Origin: Candidatus Enteromonas sp.
GTDB taxonomy: Bacteria; Bacillota_I; Bacilli_A; RFN20; CAG-826
Length of the DNA: 64,000 nucleotides
Assembly: GCA_050872145.1 (NCBI GenBank)
Contig: JBNMGG010000006.1
Location: forward strand, 2,898 to 66,897
Direction of reading: 5' to 3'
Positions 59,362 through 64,000 of this stretch are shown here, one piece after another. The notes under the pieces were generated by a model. It worked only from the letters and a program-made list of their open reading frames with translations, had not been told where the DNA came from and searched no databases. The translations under genes and the position numbers were made by a program. Position 1 is the stretch's first letter; every line of letters starts with the position of its first letter.

Positions 59362-60816
59362 ATGGAAAAAGAACTTGTGCCATTTTCAATAAATCCAGGA
59401 ACCGGAATGATGGATGTTCTAGGCCATTCTGGATATACATTCAACTTCGCAATTGCGGATTTGCTCGATAATTGCATATCCGCACATGCCAAAAATATAA
59501 AGCTGTTTTTTGACCTGAATTCACCAAAGCCATATTTATATATTTTGGATGATGGAAATGGCATGAGCCTGAATGAGCTGCAAAACTCAGCGGTCATAGG
59601 TTTCAAGGATATCAGTTCTGAAAGGGAATCGGATGATTTGGGAAGATATAGCACCGGCTTAAAATCTGCTACCAGATCATTTTGCGACGATGTCATCATT
59701 TCTTCTAAGAAAGACGGTCAAACGTGCAACTCCATTGAAATCGACTATTCACATATAAAAGAATCCAAAAAATGGGAAGCTTTTGTCCTTAAAGGTTTTT
59801 CACTAGAAGATAAGATAGGTAACCACGGCACATTGGTTTGCTGCAAAAAGCTTCATTTTTCAAATGATATTTCCTTGAATAAGAACGTTTTTGGAAAATT
59901 GAACGATTTAGAAAAATCCATCAGTCATATTTTTGGAAAATATCTTCTTTCGGGTGACATCAAAATTTCTATCCAGGTAAGTGGTTCTACAGAGAATCTG
60001 GTTATTGGGTGGAACCCTTTTGCGTTGCCTGAAAACAAGTCTACAAAACTTGTATATAAAGGAACGAGAAAATATAAAAGCGAAACGATTTCCTTTAAGG
60101 CCTACGTTCTACCCACCTATGGAAATCTTTCCAAAACGGATCAGTCCTATATGGAAGGCAACGGTTTAATTGACCAAGAAGGCTTCTATGTTTATCGAAA
60201 TAAAAGATTGATCAAAGAAGGTGGGTGGCTGTCACTAGATAAAATGGGTTTAGATGACAAGTGCAAATATGCCAGAATCGATGTGGAGATTCCTTCTGCT
60301 CTGGATAAGGAATTTCAAATCAATTTCAGCAAGAACTCCTTGAGCATTCCCGAGGATTTAAAGGACACATTTACGGATGTTGCGAATAAGGCAAGAAGAG
60401 AATCCCGCTCTAATTTCAATTATGTCAAACACCCGGAGATGAAGCGGACGACCAAGAAGGAAGAAGAAAGAATTTGGAAAACTGCCAAAAGTGATGGTGC
60501 GTTGGTTTTGTCAATCAATATGCAGCACCCTTTAATCCAGGAAATATCTTCTAAGTTACCAGCAGCTGATTTGAAAAAGCTGTGTACCCTTTTATCGAAG
60601 ACATTGCCTCTTTCTATGATTCAGGAGCAAAACACAACGGTCGTTTCTTACACGGATAACGAGCTTGAGGATTTGATGGATGGAATGTATCAGAAACTGT
60701 TGAGCGATGGTTTGGGTGAGAAGACGGCGAGGAAGAAAATGGCTAGTATGGAACCTTTCAAGGATCATTTGAATCTTTTGATTGAGTTCTTCGATAAGAT
60801 GGAGGAAAAGAAATGA
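59362..60816 (+). CDS. GHKL-superfamily ATPase (HATPase_c_3, MORC/MutL-like)
   Basis: 484 aa. N box DLLDNCISAHA, G1 LDDGNGMS, G2 GRYSTGLKSA. No TM segment and no histidine-kinase dimerisation or His box. Confidence 0.8.
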   Translation: MEKELVPFSINPGTGMMDVLGHSGYTFNFAIADLLDNCISAHAKNIKLFFDLNSPKPYLYILDDGNGMSLNELQNSAVIGFKDISSERESDDLGRYSTGLKSATRSFCDDVIISSKKDGQTCNSIEIDYSHIKESKKWEAFVLKGFSLEDKIGNHGTLVCCKKLHFSNDISLNKNVFGKLNDLEKSISHIFGKYLLSGDIKISIQVSGSTENLVIGWNPFALPENKSTKLVYKGTRKYKSETISFKAYVLPTYGNLSKTDQSYMEGNGLIDQEGFYVYRNKRLIKEGGWLSLDKMGLDDKCKYARIDVEIPSALDKEFQINFSKNSLSIPEDLKDTFTDVANKARRESRSNFNYVKHPEMKRTTKKEEERIWKTAKSDGALVLSINMQHPLIQEISSKLPAADLKKLCTLLSKTLPLSMIQEQNTTVVSYTDNELEDLMDGMYQKLLSDGLGEKTARKKMASMEPFKDHLNLLIEFFDKMEEKK

Positions 60817-63578
60817 CAAACGATACAAAGAATAAGATTACCGATTTGCTTTTCGGAATCATGCAAAAGGCGGAAAAGCTTCCCTCTATTGAAGAGAAGA
60901 AGAATTTTTATCTTGGCTACTTGGAAAGAAATGTAGATTATATCGATTCCGATGAAGTCATTGATCCGCATTCTGAAGAAGTAGAAGAGCTAATCACCGA
61001 TAAGTTTTTGACGATTGAAGTTGATAAGCCAAAAATCTTTGAAGATGAAGGGTACGTTCCTTGGCTTCAAGATGCCAGAAAAGACATCAACTGGCAGTTT
61101 TATGATAGATATGAAAGATATCTTTTGGATTATAAAAGATGGAAGCCAAAGGCGATTGCCGATTTGAAGAAGACTTCGGACATCATCTTGGATCATATGG
61201 CTAATCCGAAAAGCGATAAGCTTTTCAATAAAAAAGGTCTTGTAATCGGTGATATTCAATCAGGAAAAACTGCAAATTACACTGCTGTCATAAATAAAGC
61301 AATCGATGCCGGATACAAAATTGTCATCGTCTTTGCCGGCCTTACAAGAGATTTGAGAAATCAAACACAGAATCGTCTGGATTCGGAAGTTTTAGGTTAT
61401 GAAACAAAGACCCATGGCAAGGGCAGCAATATTGGTGTCGGACTTGTCCGTCCTCTCAATATTGAAGGTTTGACTTACGCCGATGAAAAGAAGGATTTCG
61501 GCGATATGAAGAAATTCTTCTCCGTCCATACTTTGGATAAAGACGTCAAGCCTATTGTTGCCATTGTGAAGAAGAATAAGAGCGTTCTTGGCCATCTTGA
61601 CCGCTTTTTGACACAGTCTCAATCGAGTTGCTATACCGATGGGAAATTGGATATTCCTGTTTTGATTATCGATGATGAGGTTGATCAGGCCAGTGTCGAT
61701 ACTAAGGATGCGGAAGAAGCGGAAAACGCCTCGGCTATCAATAAGATGATCAGAACCATCCTAAGCCATCTCAATAGGTATTCTTATGTCGGATATACGG
61801 CAACTCCTTTTGCAAACGTTTTTGTCAATCCTGACAGGGATGATATCTATCCAAAGGACTTCATTTTGTGTTTACCAACAAATGAGGACTATTGTGGTAT
61901 CAAAGAGTATTTCGGCGTTGATGCTCTGGATGAAAAGGATGACTCAAGCGACCATGTTCATGACTTGTTTGTCAATATATCCGATTACAAGGATTTGTTT
62001 GCCACCAATGATAGGATCAATGCTCAAACCAGCACGGATTCTTTGAATAGGTCCCTTAAGGATGCGATTATGTCTTTCATAATTGCCGCATCCATTAAAA
62101 AATCCCGTGGCATTGAAGGCTTCAACTCGATGCTGATTCATATCGCGAGATTCAAAAATCCATCTACGACATTGAAGCCGTTGGTTTCTGACTATATCGA
62201 TGGACTTTATAACAACCTGAAGTATTCCTACGAAAAGACGATCAAGGAATATGAGGAGTTTTGGGAAGATAATTTTGCTCCCGTCAGTGAAAGAAGGCTC
62301 GGAGCCGATTTCAAAGATAATTGGGATTCTATCAAGAACTTCTTGATGCCGACCATTGAGTCGATTCAAATGAATATAAAGGTCGTGAACGGGGATTCGG
62401 AAGATTTGTTGGATTATTCAAGCACGAAATCTGGCGACTATATCGTCATTGGCGGGGATAAGCTGTCACGTGGTTTGACCCTTGAAGGATTGGTTGTCTC
62501 TTATTATTACCGTAGATCAAGAACCTATGATTCCCTTCTTCAAATGGGCCGTTGGTTTGGATATCGCCGCGGTTGGATAGACGTCTGCAGGGTTTTCACT
62601 ACGGTGAATTTTATGAATGATTTCATCACGGTCGGGAAGGTTCTCCAACGATTCAAGGCTGATGTGCAAGAGATGTATGACATGCATTTGAATCCAAGAG
62701 AAGTGGGTCAAAGGATTATGTATTCTCCTAATTTGATTCCTACCGCAAGGAACAAGATGAAGACAACCACGAAGATTAAGATTTCTTTCTCTGGCGGAAT
62801 TCAGCAAATCATCACCTTTGATAGGAATTTCAGGGAAGACAACCTGGAATTGACAAGAAATTTCATTGCTTCCTTAGGAAAAGGCGAGGTTCGTCCTAAT
62901 AGAAAAGTCGTGTTCAAAGGAGTTTCGTCTAATACGATCTTGAATTATCTCAAGAAATATAAAGATTGCAGCAACTACTATGATTACGGCCATATCAGCA
63001 TTGGGAACTGGATAAAGTACATAGAGAATCTGAATGCACGTGGGGAATTGAAGGAATGGACCATCGTGTTAAATTCTCTACAAACCGAGAAAGCCGACAA
63101 TAAAATCAATATCGGCGGCTATGAAATATATAAAGCTTCAAGAACTCTGAGAGACGATGGTGATTCATCAGCTTTCAAGTTTTATACGATTAAAACAAAC
63201 AATGACCCGACTGATTTTAGGGAAGTGTTTGATCCTTCTTCCAAAGAATATGCAGAGACAGACCATTATGATCCTGAAAAAGACTATCCTGGATTCGATT
63301 CAACAAAGGGCGTGATGGCTATCTATGTAGTCGATTTATACGAGAAAATACTGACAAATGAATTCGATCCGAAAACCAATAAGCAAAAGACCATCCGTGG
63401 AAAACTGATCGAAGATGGAAAATCAATGTGTGCACCAGCTATTTGGTTCTCCAAGACGAAGGATTATGAAAGCTCTGCAACCACTTACTATGTGAGCAAA
63501 GATTATCTCGAAAGAGAAAAGAGGGAAGAAGCGGATGAAGAAGACGAAGAAATGGTAGGAGGAGAAACAAATGCTTAA
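60813..63578 (+). CDS. Z1-domain SF2 helicase-like NTPase
   Basis: 921 aa. Walker A GDIQSGKTANYT, Walker B / DExD-like LIIDDEVDQAS, GYTATPFAN, Z1 region GGDKLSRGLTLEGL and QMGRWFGYRRGW, acidic tail. ATGA overlap with the GHKL gene. Confidence 0.8.
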   Translation: MTNDTKNKITDLLFGIMQKAEKLPSIEEKKNFYLGYLERNVDYIDSDEVIDPHSEEVEELITDKFLTIEVDKPKIFEDEGYVPWLQDARKDINWQFYDRYERYLLDYKRWKPKAIADLKKTSDIILDHMANPKSDKLFNKKGLVIGDIQSGKTANYTAVINKAIDAGYKIVIVFAGLTRDLRNQTQNRLDSEVLGYETKTHGKGSNIGVGLVRPLNIEGLTYADEKKDFGDMKKFFSVHTLDKDVKPIVAIVKKNKSVLGHLDRFLTQSQSSCYTDGKLDIPVLIIDDEVDQASVDTKDAEEAENASAINKMIRTILSHLNRYSYVGYTATPFANVFVNPDRDDIYPKDFILCLPTNEDYCGIKEYFGVDALDEKDDSSDHVHDLFVNISDYKDLFATNDRINAQTSTDSLNRSLKDAIMSFIIAASIKKSRGIEGFNSMLIHIARFKNPSTTLKPLVSDYIDGLYNNLKYSYEKTIKEYEEFWEDNFAPVSERRLGADFKDNWDSIKNFLMPTIESIQMNIKVVNGDSEDLLDYSSTKSGDYIVIGGDKLSRGLTLEGLVVSYYYRRSRTYDSLLQMGRWFGYRRGWIDVCRVFTTVNFMNDFITVGKVLQRFKADVQEMYDMHLNPREVGQRIMYSPNLIPTARNKMKTTTKIKISFSGGIQQIITFDRNFREDNLELTRNFIASLGKGEVRPNRKVVFKGVSSNTILNYLKKYKDCSNYYDYGHISIGNWIKYIENLNARGELKEWTIVLNSLQTEKADNKINIGGYEIYKASRTLRDDGDSSAFKFYTIKTNNDPTDFREVFDPSSKEYAETDHYDPEKDYPGFDSTKGVMAIYVVDLYEKILTNEFDPKTNKQKTIRGKLIEDGKSMCAPAIWFSKTKDYESSATTYYVSKDYLEREKREEADEEDEEMVGGETNA

Positions 63579-64000
63579 AACGGTATATGAAAAATGGGAA
63601 GAATTAAAAGCCAAGCCAAAAGATGCCGGCAAAAACATCATTGCTAAATACTTCTTGGGTGGAAAATCAAAAGCGAATGTCTTCTTTGGCTTAATTGATG
63701 AGAAGATGTGTGTCTATGTTGAGTTCACTAAAGAGGTTTTAGCTGATTTGGATGTTCCTACATTAAAGGGTATGTACATCGAAGTGGTGGATGAACCATT
63801 GATCAACCCCGAAAAGAAATATTTATTGGTCCGAAATGACAGCAACAACGAAGAAATCTTTGAGGCTTTCACAAGTTCCTTAACGGACGGACTAGCGAAT
63901 TCGACATCGTATTTTGATACCTATCAGGTATTTAAAAATGTTGTTAAAGAATATAAAGATTATTTTGCGAATCCCAATCCTTCCTTGTCAAAGCAGGAGG
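63571..64000 (+). CDS. hypothetical protein, probable PD-(D/E)XK-motif partner of Z1 (3' end beyond the window)
   Basis: Open frame from ATG 63571 (GGAGG Shine-Dalgarno, 8-nt overlap with the Z1 gene) to the window end: MLKTVYEKWEELKAKPKDAG...NPNPSLSKQE. Function is inferred from gene context only, because the catalytic motif would lie downstream of 64000. Confidence 0.5.
   Translation, partial: MLKTVYEKWEELKAKPKDAGKNIIAKYFLGGKSKANVFFGLIDEKMCVYVEFTKEVLADLDVPTLKGMYIEVVDEPLINPEKKYLLVRNDSNNEEIFEAFTSSLTDGLANSTSYFDTYQVFKNVVKEYKDYFANPNPSLSKQE

Noticed and set aside
58680-59699. 339-aa minus-strand ORF inside the low-GC island
   Set aside because: It lies antisense to methylase 2 and to the start of the GHKL gene, both of which have complete catalytic motifs. 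It has no Shine-Dalgarno and no recognisable domain, and its composition is Ser/Ile/Phe-rich as expected for an AT-rich antisense frame. I cannot fully exclude a small antisense product without transcript data.
59362-60816. Reading the GHKL protein as a sensor histidine kinase
   Set aside because: There are no transmembrane or sensor domains, no DHp/H-box and no cognate response regulator. The gene context (methylases and Z1) and the motif spacing fit the MORC/MutL-like HATPase_c_3 group.

Overview
This 64-kb window spans the chromosomal replication origin of a high-GC bacterium. The gene order is typical of Bacillota (Firmicutes/Mollicutes-like), which is an inference from synteny with the Bacillus subtilis origin region. 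The core is rpmH-rnpA-yidC-jag-mnmE on the minus strand, a DnaA-box cluster (oriC), then dnaA-dnaN-yaaA-recF-gyrB-gyrA-(glycosyltransferase)-serS on the plus strand. Genes mostly point away from the origin on both sides.

Left arm: glyA (cut by the window edge), a MarR-controlled heterodimeric ABC exporter, a deoxyinosine glycosylase, dusB, ftsH, tilS, yabO, mfd, pth, a flavodoxin-like gene, TetR, an FGGY kinase, a three-gene GDP-heptose operon, ppdK, an acetyltransferase-only GlmU, ispE, rsmA, rnmV and tatD.

Right arm: an SRP RNA not reported by the ORF track, tadA, a fused ABC/FtsX transporter with a TetR-like gene and an alcohol dehydrogenase, an S2P-like membrane protein, pmbA/tldD, an MBL hydrolase, rpmE, metG and rlmD.

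I found no tRNA, rRNA, CRISPR array, transposase or integrase. Most long ORFs in the track that lie antisense to these genes are high-GC shadow ORFs.

The main finding is the last ~7.4 kb (from ~56580). It is an abrupt low-GC island carrying a tightly packed operon: an HTH controller, two paralogous m5C methyltransferases, a MORC/MutL-like GHKL ATPase, a 921-aa Z1-type SF2 NTPase, and the start of a probable PD-(D/E)XK protein cut by the window end. This kind of methylase-linked defence cassette has been predicted by comparative genomics, but as far as I know it has never been characterised mechanistically.

Secondary observations:
- a recurring promoter/start-codon geometry that suggests leaderless mRNAs
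- a bipartite oriC
- a single-domain GlmU
- a fused HddC-GmhB in a heptose operon
- an SRP RNA placed directly upstream of tadA
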